Shown here in pieces: positions 49,363-62,371 of a stretch of 64,000 nt of DNA. The DNA is from Octopus vulgaris (lineage: Eukaryota): contig OX597814.1 of assembly GCA_951406725.2 (NCBI GenBank), positions 123,380,001 to 123,444,000 on the forward strand, given 5' to 3'. A program made the translations under genes and the position numbers. The notes below the pieces were generated by a model. The model saw only the letters and a list, made by a program, of their open reading frames with translations, was not told the DNA's origin and made no database searches. Numbering within the stretch: the first letter of the stretch is position 1; each line of letters begins with the position of its first letter.

Positions 49363-49816
49363 AATAAGAAAATGGAGGAACAGATTCCTTTCAATCATCG
49401 ACTTACAGATATTTTTATGGTATTATCTTACTTATTGATGTATATTGTTTTATTCTGTTTTACTCTGTTGGATTTGGATGTTCCTATTTAAGTAGTTAAT
49501 AAATAATATGAATTGGTATTATCTGTAAGTCGATGATTGAAAGGAATCTGTTCCTCCATTTTCTTATTTGTATTATGATTTTGAGGTAAAATATTTTACC
49601 TTCGCCCATCTAATACAATAAATGAATTAATTGCATTGCAATTATAAGCATTTATGTATTTGCCTTTTGGGTACTTCACTAGCAGTATATTGGGTAACTG
49701 ATATCCCATAGTGGGTTACACTCATAACCCCTATCTCACTTTGTACTTTTATATATATATATATATATATAATGGAATGTGGCTGTTTACTTTTGAGACA
49801 TCTGTGGATGAGGAAA

Positions 49817-50025
49817 TGCTGAAAAGTTCCTGGCTTTAAGAGTATCTTGAAGAACCTGGTTGGAGGCTCAGCATTACCAGTTCTTTTACAGGGCTTAGAA
49901 AAACTGAAGGACCACTGTTATGAGCATGTGAATCTGAGAGGGGAATATGTTGGATAAAATCATAATTAACTGATCCTCCTGTATTTTCTTTTACCCAAAG
50001 ACAGGAACTTTTCAGCACCCCCTTG
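49817..50025. mobile_element. Mariner-like MITE
   Basis: Inverted repeats TGCTGAAAAGTTCCTG / CAGGAACTTTTCAGCA. Confidence 0.55.
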
Positions 50026-50781
50026 TATGTATACATATGTAAATGTTATATATACAAACACTGAGGCTATTGCTCTCTCCTTCAGCACAAACCATCATTT
50101 TGTATTACTGTTATTCTTGAATATTTTCATTCTTTAAAGCGCAATTAAAACTTTGCTGGTTTGTACATAGAAATTAGCTTGCTTATGAACCACATGGTTC
50201 CGGGTTCAGTCCCACTGAATGGCACCTTGGGCAAGTGTCTTCTACTATAGCCTCGGGTCAACCAAAGCCTTGTGAGTGGATTTGGTAGACAGAAACTGAA
50301 AGAAACCCGTCATATATATGTATATGTGTGTGTGTGTGTGTGTTTTGTCCCCCCCAACATCGCTTGACAACCGATGCTGGTGTGTTTATGTCCCCATAAC
50401 TTAGTGGTTCAACAAAGAGACCGATAGAATAAGTACTAAGCTTACAGAGAATAAGTCCTAGGGTCAATTTGCTTGACTAAAGGCAGTGCTCCAGCATGGC
50501 CACAATCGAATTACTGAAACAAGTAAAAGAGTAATTAGTATGAAAGTTAAATTTAAGTAGAGTTTAATGAGAAAGATTCAATAAAAAAATAATGTTTGAT
50601 GCTGTCAAATTATATCAGGAATTAGATTGAAATGCTAGCAAGAAATTAAACAAAAATAAATTGAATGCAGCATAGAACAAAACACCACCAGGACAAAATC
50701 CCAACTTTTGAAATGTAAAGCAAGACAAAAATTCCCTTGGCTAAAGAAAAAGAAAGCAAAAAAGCATGAGTAAAATTTCCA

Positions 50782-53700
50782 ATTAACCATCTTACTAACA
50801 CTAACTCTGAGCACCTTTTCAAACTCCACCTGTCTAACACCCGTGGACATGTTTACAAAGGCAGTAAACAGCACAGCTCCCATGACTTTGGGAAAATGTT
50901 TCCGAAAGTCATGTGAGCTGTGCTGTTTTCTGACTTTGTAAACATGTCCGCATGTGTTAGACAGGTGGAGTTTGAAAAGGTGCTCAGAGTTATTGTTAGT
51001 AAGATGGTTAATAATTTTATGGGTGTCTACCAAGTCAGCTGGCAGACGTCGGAGTTTCAATGTATCCAATCCCAGGGACATAAGGCGTTCAGGATATGGC
51101 AAATGCCTGATGGAGGGTATTCTCTTGGTTGCACGTCACTGAAAGGTTTCCAGACGATTAATATCCTGGTCAAGATAGGGGTTCCAGACTGGTGATGCAA
51201 ATTCCAGGTGAGACTGCACCATAGCTATATAAAGCCTCAGATAGATAGCTGGAGAGTGGCTCAAAAAGGACTTGGTAAGTGATGCCAAGACACCCTCAGC
51301 CATCTTGGCAATTTTAGCAATGTGTTTTGTCCAATGCAAATTGCTGTCGACAATAATGCCCAGGTCACGTTCACAAGAGGACTTTTTGAGATTAGTGTTG
51401 TGGAGGGAGTAAACAGATGCTGATTTTTCCTCCCAAAAGGCATGGTGATACATTTGTCTACAGCCAGCTTGAGTTGCCAGTCCATGATCCACTGCTGCAT
51501 TGTGTCCAGGTCCGATTGCAATAAAGATCTATAGTGTACAGGATCTGTCCAGCTTGATGTCATCTGCATATTTCAGCACTGCGGAATTCTTTAAGTTGGC
51601 ATCTATGTCATTAACATATGCAACAAATAAAAGGGGGCCAAGAACAGATCCCTGTGGTACACCAGATGTCATCTCATAGGGGGAAGAGTGCTGTCCTAGA
51701 ACTGTGACAACTTCTTTTCGGCCGATAATGAAGGACTTCAACTAGTTATAGAGATCATCTCTTACACCCATTGCAGAGAGTTTCACCATAAGTCATTTGT
51801 GTGGCACAGAATTAAAAGCCTTAGCAAAGTCCAGGTAAACAACATCCACCCAGGAGCCGCCATCAGTGATTCGGGTAATGTCCTCAAGAAACTCGATGAG
51901 TTGATTACAGCAGCTGGAGAATAAATCCAAATTGTGACAGCTGGATGAAGCTGTGAGACTTCCAGAAGTTCCAGAGGGTTTCTCTGACACAGGATTCCAT
52001 CAGTTTGGTGATGCAGCTTGTAAGACTAATGGGGCAATAGTTGACAGGCGATGTGCAGTCACCTTTTTTGAACAGAGGGATAACACTGGCAGTTTTCCAC
52101 TGCTCTGGAGTAACACCATTGTCAAGACAGAATTGAAAGAATAGTGAAAGTTAGTTTAGAAGAAAGTACCCACCGTGTTTGAGAAGTAGGTATGTAACAC
52201 CATCGAAACCAGGAGAGGCATAGTTATGTTTATTCTTAATGTGGCATTGTAGCATTGCTGGTGTAAATTTCATAGTAGTTATAAAGTCTGGTGTCAGAGG
52301 TGATGGAGAGGGAACATTTTGATCTTCGACAGTAAAAATGCCTGCATAGCATCCAGCAATGATTTCTGCACATTCTTTGGGATTGTCAGTAATCTGGCCT
52401 GTGTGGGGATTGTGAAGGGGACCAATGGGAGAGTGAGGTCTCTGCTTTGAATGTACATACTTCCAGAACACTTTGCTGTCAGGGTTGGTTGCTATGTGTT
52501 GTTCGAATTCAAGCACTGCCTTTTTTGTCACCTGCTTGAGATGGTTGGCTGACCTATTGCACTTTTTCCTGTTGATCTCTGATTTGTGCAATTTGTATTC
52601 CTTTCAGCATTATGGCATTCTTTCCTGGCATGTTGGACTGCTGCAGTCTCCAAAATTGCACTATTGGGTGGTTTTTTTGTGCTTGCATGGTACTGATGCT
52701 GCACATGCCATCCATATTGAATTCAGAATGTTCTGAAGTATAGTGTTCACATCTCCAGAGGAATAAAATTTGAGCCAGTTTGGGTGTTGTAGCTCGGTAC
52801 AATAAGAGTTCCAGTCTGCTTTATTCCAGTCGAAGTGGGCAGTTTGAAGATGGTTGTGGTTTTTGTTACAACCAATCAGAGACAAGTCGGCCATGATCAT
52901 GGAATGATCAGAGTCACCTAAAGGTTCTTCAGTAGTGACACTAATAATTGTTTCAGGAGAAGCAGTAAATAGCAGATCCAAAGTGTTGTTACCCCTTGTA
53001 GGGGTGGTAACGACTTGAGACCAATTTGAATTCAGCACCAGGTCAAGGACATCATCTGCACTTTGCGGCCAATGGAAGGCCTCCCAGTCAATCTCAGGGA
53101 AATTGAAGTCCCCCGCAATATAAACATAAGTGGCTGTTTTCATAGCAGCAACTCTGAGGATATCAAAAAGTTGTCTTGATGAAAATTTGGGGGGTGGTAA
53201 ATAACTCCAAGTAGAAGTGTTGACATGATCATGTGTATATTGCAGAAAAATACTTCCTGATGAGATCAGTTCAATCCTCACAAGAAATTGCCGATAGATT
53301 TGAACAAATGTAGACCATCACACCCCTACCACGGTGATTAATGCGGTCTTTGCAGAACAGGTTGTAGCCAGTTATGCTGAAAACCCTATCACAGGGTGCA
53401 GAATGTGCCCATGTTTCCGTGACTGTGATAAAATCTGGGTCAATATTTTTGATGTAAGAGTCAAAAAGATGCACCTTGTTGTATAAACTACAGGCATTCA
53501 AGGACAACAGTTTGTATCTGGATTTCAGATGATGATGATATACAGGGGATGGCTGATTGTTCTTGTTTAGTTTCCAATGATTTTTGTATTGCCAGTTATT
53601 GTGGGTGCAGTTGCTCAGACCAACTGATATCCCTTATCCACAACTCACTAGACTTGATGAATTTCCATATTTTCCCAACCTCGCATAGGCTAAAGCTTTC

Positions 53701-54120
53701 CTGTGGCACAGCATTGCAATTTAGGAAAGCTACAGATCTTAGCTTTGGGTATACATCAGGTAGTAGACCAGGACGTGTCTGAAAGGTAATTCTGTTTTCA
53801 CGCCAAGCCCTATCAGTGGCTAGATGGTATGCCCGCGCCTCAGTAGAGTTTGAAAACAACAGCCTAATCAATCTGGGTTTGGATCCTGGTCGGCCAATGC
53901 AGAAAGCACTTTTTGGAGGAACACAGCTTAAGTCTTTGGATGTGTTGCCAGTAAATGCCTGTAGATCTACAAACGTCTTCTGATACTCCGATGACAATTA
54001 CCTCATGGGTGGTTGATTCATGCATTAGAAACCCTCGAGTTTCCTCATTATCCCAGTACTATCTTAACTTGCCACAAAATAATCCAGGGATGGCAGCAAA
54101 CCTTTATGCATCAGACAAAT
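50782..54120 (-). mobile_element. Near full-length, frameshifted CR1-group LINE (ORF1 remnant, APE endonuclease, RT) ending in a fold-back
   Basis: APE motifs SLNACSLYNK, VTETW, IAGDFNFPEIDW, PTRGNNTLDLLFT, PLGDSDH. RT motifs VYLDFAKAFNSVPH, GVPQGSVLGPLLF, YADD, ERDLGI. ORF1-like IGRPGSKPRLIRL. Many stops and frameshifts. Confidence 0.92.
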
Positions 54121-54929
54121 TTGCTGTTCCACAGTAGATGAAAACATCTGGGATGAAACATATCTGGTGTATTAGATAAAATCAAGTGTGCTGGACATCA
54201 TTATAAGTTAAACTTCAATATTGTTTTATAAAATAGATGTCTATGAAGAGTGTTGACAGTGTGAAATTGAATTATGAAAGTGTATAAGCAACACGGTGTT
54301 AGTAGTTTCATTGGTTCTGTACTTGGAGAAAGCAATAAGATGAGAGGCAGGGCCACTGTGGTAGTGTAGCAGGAATCATTATATTATCAGCAGGTTCAGA
54401 AGTTCAAAAACTGGGGCTGGATAAGTAGAAGAATCAGAGAAAGGATACTCAACAATGTACCAATGGCTTAAACCTGTAAATCTCACCTGGGGTTTATACA
54501 AGATTTTGTAGTTAATAATTATGCCCAATAAATTGCTTATACATCTGCAATACATTTTTTAAAATACAATTCCTAATGCTATTTAATTATAAAAGTACAA
54601 CACAATATCTTTTTTATATACATCAAATGGCTATGGAGGTCCAGTAGAATAAGATAGGAATCAAAGGGATCCATAGGCAAAAAGTAGTTGAAAACCACTG
54701 GTTTAAACCATTACTCTTTTACTTGTTTCAGTCATTTGACTGTGGCCATGCTGGAGCACCGCCTTTTAGTCGAGCAAATCACCCCCAGGACTTATTCTTT
54801 GTAAGCCTAGTACTTATTCTATTGGTCTCTTTTGCCGAACCGCTAAGTTATGGGGACATAAACGCACCTGCATTGGTTGTCAAGCAATGTTGGGGAGACA
54901 AACACAGACACACAAACATATACACACAC

Positions 54930-55022
<93 letters not shown>

Positions 55023-56857
55023 CATATACAAATATACAACGGGCTTCTTTCTGTTTCCGTCTACCAAATCATCTCACAAGGCTTTGGTCGGCCCGAGGCT
55101 ATAGTAGAAGATACTTGCTCAAGGTGCCACTCAGTGGGACTGAACCCAGAACCATGTGGTTCATAAGCAAGCTATTCTTGGCTGTGTGAAGAATATATGG
55201 CTTCAGTTATACATTATTGACAAGTAGGTTTGAGGTGACAATTGATATCTCTGATTTGCATTTTAGACCAGCAGAAAAAAATTATCTAAAAAAAAACAAG
55301 GTATAATTATTTTTGGAATGAAAATCAACAAGAAACCACCAAAGGTTATTATTAGGATTGTAACAGAAGCAAATGTAAACCCAGTCTACGGTGGACAATA
55401 GGTTAATCTTAATAATTACTTATGAACAAACAGGATGTGTTATAAATGTTGTGTGATTGGTTTCTAGATATGTCATAATAATGTATTCTGTTGTTGAATG
55501 AAATGTGGCAGACTAAGACCTATTGGTTTCAAAGTTTGGTACAAGGCCAGCAAGTATGGGGGTGGGGGTAAGTCAATTACATCATCAACCCCAGTGCTCA
55601 AAAAAAAAACCTCAGTAGAATTTGAACTCGGAGATTAAGGATGAACGAGATGCTTCTAAGCATTTTATGCAACATGCTAGCAGCCCTGCCAGTTTGTTAA
55701 CTTAGTAGCATAAGACATATTACATGATAGGTTTGAAATAACCAAATGTTTAGGTCCCACACAGACAAGATGGGTATGTTTAATCCTTTCTTTGTCATGA
55801 ATGTCTACGAGCAAATTACCAACACCCTGATACATCTGATTTCATCCAACTAGACACATACTCTTTACTCCTTTACTCTTTTACTTGTTTCAGTCATTTG
55901 ACTGCGGCCATGCTGGAGCACCGCCTCTTCGAGCAAATCGACCCCAGGACTTAAACTTTGGAAGTCTAGTACTTATTCTATCGGTCTCCTTTGCCGAGCC
56001 GCTAGGTTACGGGGACGTAAACACACCAGCATCGGTTGTCAAGCGATGTTCAGGGGACAAACAAAGACACACAAACATATACACACATACATATATATAC
56101 ATATATATATATATATACGACGGGCTTCTTTCAGTTTCCATCTACCAAATGCACTCACAAGGAGACACTTGCCCAGGGTGCCACGCAGTGGGACTGAACC
56201 CGGATCTATGACGTTGGTAAGCAGCTACTCCTGCGCCTATAACATTAACATTTATTTTGTCATAATCCCGGTTTCTTTTTTTTCCTTTTTTTTTTTAATG
56301 TTGCGTGGCTGTTCCATCAACCGAACATCAGCTTCACTTGTGGTCATACAACATTGAATGGGTTATGCTTCTGGGAGAGTTACTCCCCTGTGTAATTGCA
56401 TTTATATAGTGAAAGGAATATATTAAGTTAGGGATGTCAGGTAAAGGAAATAAGTGAGTCTAACGGTCAACACCTAATTTGGTAGAATGAAGATCAAAAA
56501 GAACTCCTTCAACACAATAAATTAACATTATTGAGTGATGTTTATAGACAGACAGCTCCATCAGAAGCTTCTTATGCTAGGCACAGAATTCTGTCAAGGG
56601 CAACAACTTTGTTCTACCAACGTATTCACTTATAAGAAATCAACTCTTTACTCTCTTACATGTTTCAATTATGTGATTGTGGCCATGATGGAGCACCGCC
56701 TTTGGTCGAGCAAATCGACCCCAGGACTTATTCTTTGTAAGCCTAGTACTTATTCTATCGGTCTCCTTTGCCGAACCGCTAAGTTACGGGGACGTATACA
56801 CACCAGCATCGGTTGTCAAGCGATGTTCAGGGGACAAACACACAAACATATACAAAC

Positions 56858-56898
<41 letters not shown>

Positions 56899-58281
56899 GA
56901 TTCTTTCAGTTTCCGTCTACCACATCCACTCACAAGGCTTTGGTCGGCCCAAGGCTATAGTAGGAGACACAAGGTGCCACGCAGTGGGACTGAACCCGGA
57001 ACCATGTGGTTCATAAGCAAGCTACTTACCACACAGCCACTCCTACGCCTATAACTTCGAGGCTTTTCCATAATAAATTCTGCAGATGCAGATATGATCG
57101 CCTGGTTAAGTAGTATCCTTCATTTCCTGTAGTCGTGAGTTTGATCCCACTATGCCCTATCTTAAACACATTTCTTCTTCAATAGCCTTGAATTGAAAAC
57201 TGGCGTTGTTATTTTATGTATTTGTGTACAGCAATATAAATACTTTAAACCTGTTGATAGAGACCAACACAAGACTGCCAGTGATTCTATGAGACAAACC
57301 TTTGTTTTCAAGTGTTTAAAATTCTAACTTCCCATCAAAATTTCATGCTTATTAATGTTCTAGGCTCTAACTTTGAAAGAGAAATTCTTTTTAATATATT
57401 CTCTATTATTTTGAAAATTAAATGAAGTTATGTGTCTATATATAAAACTGATACTTTCACTATTATATGGTTTCAATTTCAATTACTTTCACTATGTATT
57501 TATAACTTTATTGCTCTTGACCTAGATAGGTAAAAATATTTCTTTACCTTCACCCGTTTAATACAATAAATGAATTAATTGCAATGCAATTAAAAACATT
57601 TATGGATCAGGAATTTGGGTACTTTACCAACAGTATAATGGATAAAGGATATCCCATAGTGGGTTACACCCATAACCCCTATCTTACTTTATACTTATGT
57701 ATGTATATGTATGTATACATATATATATATATATATATATATCATCATCATCATTATCATCATCGTTTAACGTCCACTTTCCTTGCTGGCATGGGTTGAA
57801 CGATTTCACTGAGGACTGGCGAACCAGATGGCTGCACCAGGCTCCAATCTGATCTGGCAGAGTTTCTAAAGCTGGATGCCCTTCCTAACGCCAACCACTC
57901 TGAGAGTGTAGTGGGTGCTTTTACTTGCCACCGGCACGAGGGCCATTCAGGCATTACTGGCAACAGCCACGCTCAAATGTTGTTTTTACGTGGCACCTGC
58001 ACAGGAGCTAGTCCAGCAGCACTGGTAATGACCTCACTTGAATATTTTCCCACGTGCCACCAGCAGAAGTGCCAGTAAGGCCACACTGGTAGCAATCACA
58101 CTTGAATGGTGCTTTTTATGTGCCACCGGCACGGAAGCCAGTCAGCTACTCTGGCAATGATTACACTCGGATGGTGCTCTTAGTACTCCACTAGCATGGA
58201 TGCCAGTCATCGAATTTGATTTCGATTTCACTTGCCTCAACAGGTCTTCGCAAGCAGAGTTTAGTGTCCAATGAAGGAAAG

Positions 58282-58337
<56 letters not shown>

Positions 58338-58361
58338 GTGAAAAGGAACACACGAGTTGAT

Positions 58362-58622
58362 ATATATGAAAAAACAAGTCAAAAATAGAAAATGCTCGAA
58401 CACACAAGTGCAAACAAGGGAGTCAGAGAAAGGCAGAATGCCACTTATATCTGAACACTACTATAGAAATATTCCTTTAAAAAACTTTTCTTCTAATTTT
58501 TCTAAATTTAATTATTTAATCGTTACAGTTGAAAAGGTCTCAAAATGACCGAAACCGGTACTGAAATGTTCACTATAAAATTATTTTAGCATTTTCTATT
58601 TTTGACTTATTTTTTCATATAT
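58362..58622 (+). mobile_element. Small element bounded by ~35-bp inverted repeats and carrying the hammerhead motif (Penelope-like terminal remnant or retrozyme-like)
   Basis: ATATATGAAAAAACAAGTCAAAAATAGAAAATGCT (58362-58396) is inverted at 58588-58622; the element is embedded between (TA)n arrays. Confidence 0.6.
58521..58568 (+). ncRNA. Minimal type I hammerhead ribozyme motif (U3-A8 core variant)
   Basis: CGTTACAG-TTGAAAA-GGTC-TCAAAAT-GACC-GAAA-CCGG-TA-CTGAAATG: stem I, core, stem II, GAAA, palindromic ACCGGT stem III and a GUA cleavage triplet. Confidence 0.6.
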
Positions 58623-58834
58623 ATATATATATATATATACATATGTGTGTGTGTGTATCTTTATGTATATATGTATATATATATTTCACATCAATAACAA
58701 AGTCACTTTGATCCGTGAAGGAGAGGTGCAGCCAGGGTAAGTATCCAGGAGGTAAAGAAAATCCAATGTAGAGGTAAGAGTTGATAGTGGTGTTGGTAGA
58801 ATATAGGATGAAAGTGAGACCACGTAAGCGCGTA

Positions 58835-59217
58835 ATATATAACGGGAAGCTTTATGAAAATAAACAAAAGACGAAGGCAGGTGGAATACAAACAAACAAT
58901 TGTATTAGTATGGCGCTCAGGAATATAAATAAAACAAGTCTTTTACGTTTCGAGCCTACGCTCTTCAACAGAAAGATACACAGAAAAGAAACACGGAGAG
59001 AAACAAGGAGAGAAAAAAATTGATTCGCAAGCTTCTGCACGCATTTTTTTTCTCTCCTTGTTTCTTTTCTGTGTATCTTTCTGTTGAAGAACGTAGGCTC
59101 GAAACGTAAAAGACTTGTTTTATTTATATTCCTGAGCGCCATACTAATGCAATTGTTTGTTTGTATTCCACCTGCCTTCGTCTTTTGTTTATTTTCATAA
59201 AGCTTCCCGTTGTATAT
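58835..59217. mobile_element. Fold-back element with ~175-185 bp inverted arms, each carrying a hammerhead-like motif (Penelope-type inverted pseudo-LTR)
   Basis: 58835-59020 is the near-perfect reverse complement of 59043-59217. The motif TCTTT-CTGTTGAAGAGCGTAGGCTC-GAAACGTA-AAAGA lies at 58939-58976(-) and, with one change, at 59076-59113(+). A decayed relative lies at ~19610-19748. Confidence 0.75.
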
Positions 59218-60059
59218 ATATATATGTGTGTGTATGGATGTAGGATCTTGCAGGCATGAAGTGGATTCAATCCACCATAGCCAAATTTAAATTAACATTT
59301 CAACAGAACTTTTCTCACGGTAGAATAATGGTTTTTCTCTGACAGCAGTTTTATATTTGCCAGATTGCCTTAGCTAGGCCGAAATAATGTCTTCACCACT
59401 TGATTCTTTCAAACCTCTTCTACTTTACCAAAAGCTAAAACAGAGAAATCACAGTACCACCAACGAAGCCCATTGCTCTCAATGATATGTCTATCCTTCT
59501 GGATAGTTATAAAAACAAGAACCTGCAAGCAAAAGACAAGTAGTTACTTGATGACAACAGAGTGAGGCGACTTGTGACGACTCAGTTAGTTAGGGAACAG
59601 ACTGCTAGAATCATGATCACAATGAAGGCAGCTACTAAAGACAATGATCAGCAAGAGAAATGAAATTTACTGTCAGCAACTGTGAGACAACGTCCCACAA
59701 GCCTACAACTTTCACTAGCTCTAATTCTGTTCTCTTACAACATCGTTCTATCATTATCTGTGGATTACTACTAACAATTTGTGTATGCCAAACTATGCAA
59801 ATAAAAATTCTACCACATCTAACTTTCTTTCGCATTGCTCTCAGATGTTATAACCTGCCCATCAAAGTAAGGTATCTTTCAATGTGATGGTAAATAGAAA
59901 CTTTCTTAAAACTTCATGCATTGTTCACCTTTCACATCCTACAACTTGCCGTTATAACAACAAATTTTTATCGTTACAACTGCTGACTCTGACATTTCAT
60001 ATTATTGTGTACTTAATCAATCTTAACCATTACATATATTTTTGTATATGATGATGATG

Positions 60060-60092
60060 ATGATGATATATATGTATATTTATCTATATATG

Positions 60093-60151
<59 letters not shown>

Positions 60152-60360
60152 ATACATATATATGTATGTATATACGTGTATATATATGTATATATGTGTA
60201 AATATATATGTATGTATATATATATATAAATATATGTATATATATGTGTGTGTGTATATATATATGCATATATGTATATATATGCATATATATGTGTATA
60301 TGTATATGTATATATGTGTATATTTGTATATATGTATATATGTATGTATATATGTATATA

Positions 60361-60424
<64 letters not shown>

Positions 60425-60541
60425 GGAGAGGAAAAAATAATTTCCTCTCCTATCATTTCTCCACATGCGGTTAACACAACCCCACCATTTACTGACTTAT
60501 ATATATATATATATATGGATATATATACATATGTTTATATA

Positions 60542-60597
<56 letters not shown>

Positions 60598-60716
60598 TGA
60601 GATAGAGGTTGTAAATGCAACCCTAGTTTCTTATGTGGTGGTTTAATAAAGTATGTGATTGAGTATTATCGTGTAATTGATATTTGATTTAGATGTATTT
60701 CTCCATTTTCTTATCT

Positions 60717-60802
<86 letters not shown>

Positions 60803-60827
60803 TATCTGTATGTGTATATATATATAT

Positions 60828-60860
<33 letters not shown>
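60060..60860. repeat. Long (TA)n/(TG)n/(GATA)n microsatellite complex
   Basis: Seen directly. Confidence 0.95.
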
Positions 60861-60862
<2 letters not shown>

Positions 60863-61162
60863 CGTGACTGACCAGGCTATCAGATATTGCTACACATCGC
60901 TGGTCACAATGCGCTTCGCATTGTTTTAGCCTTCAAATGATGCCACCCCGCTGGCTAAGTGAGCAGGCCAACAGAAGAAAGAGTGAGGAGAAAGTGGTGG
61001 TGAAAGAGTACAGCAAGGATCGCCACTACCCCCTGCCAGAGCCTTGTGGAGCTTTAGGTGTTTTCGCTCAATAAACACTCACAACACCCAGTCCGGGAAT
61101 CGAAACCATGATCCTACAACCGCGAGTCTGCTGCCCTAACCACTGGGCCATTGCGCCTCCAT
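60860..61162 (-). mobile_element. tRNA-derived SINE family D
   Basis: Minus-strand head GGAGGCGCAATGGCCCAGTGGTTAGGGCAGC...GGTTTCGATTCCC with A/B boxes; a second copy lies at ~63518-63791. Confidence 0.8.
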
Positions 61163-61911
61163 ATATACATATATATATATATATGATGATGATGATATAT
61201 ATGTATGTATATTATAGCCTCAGGCTAATCAAAGCCTTGTGAGTGAATTTTGTAAATGGAAACTGCAAGAAGTATATATGTGTATATTTGCGCGTGTGTG
61301 TGTGTGTATCTGTGTTTGTACCCCCACAATTGCTTGACAACCGATGTTGCTGTGTTTACATTCTCATAACTTAGTAGTTCAGCAAAATACATTGATAGAA
61401 TAGTACTAGGCTTACAAAGATTAATCCTGTGGTCGATTTGTTCGACCAAAGGCGGTGCTCCAGCATGGCCGCAGTCACATGACTGTAATAAATAAAACAA
61501 TAAAAAAAAACTATGACATTTTAATCGCCAGGTACCTCTACTAGTTTCAAAATAAATTTGATGACAATGGAGTTAAAGGGAGATAATATTCAATAACACT
61601 ACCAGACTACATACAGGAATTATATTTCACTGAAGTTCCTTGTAAGCAGAGCTGAAGCACAAACGGTATCTAATGATTGGAACCAGTAAAAGAATCTTAT
61701 AGAATGCTTCCGATTTAGTAAATAGACTAATTGTAGTGGTAATGAGCACATAATGCATTATCTGATGAACATTATGGTAAATGCTAATTTCAGAGAATCT
61801 ATGCTAATGAGAAAATAGAAATCGAACACCAAGCTTGCTCTGCAATCACAGAGTCCTGGGTTAATCCCTTCTGAGTGAATTCGCTTGATGGAAACCATGT
61901 AGAAACCTGTC

Positions 61912-61947
<36 letters not shown>

Positions 61948-61950
61948 TCT

Positions 61951-61985
<35 letters not shown>

Positions 61986-62314
61986 TGGTGACCTGCTGTG
62001 CTTGAGGAGACCTATTGAGTCAAGTACATCAACATCAAAATAAAAATCAAATGGAAATTGTAGTTGTGATATCCATGCTGGTGGCACGTAAAAAGCACCA
62101 ACCAGTCGTGGCCACAGCCAGTCTCCCCTGGCACCTATGCCGGTTGCACGTAAAAAGCACCCACTACACTCACAGAGTGGTTGGCGTTAGGAAGGGCATC
62201 CAGCTGTAGAAACACTGCCAGATCAGACTGGAGCCTGGTGCAACCTCCTGGTTTCCCAGACCACGGTCGAACCGTCCAACCTGTGCAGGCATGGAAAACA
62301 GACATTAAACGATT

Positions 62315-62371
<57 letters not shown>

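Noticed and set aside
50635-53997. LINE ORFs as an active or domesticated reverse transcriptase gene
   Set aside because: The element is broken into many frames by stops and frameshifts, so it is a dead copy.
59300-59545. Possible minus-strand exon after TTGTCTTTTGCTTGCAG (acceptor ~59523)
   Set aside because: All frames close quickly, there is no recognisable protein and no convincing paired donor; it is too weak to call.
61085-61162. tRNA-like sequence with A and B boxes
   Set aside because: It is the head of a dispersed SINE (second copy at ~63715-63791) continuing into a SINE body; no complete cloverleaf is supported.
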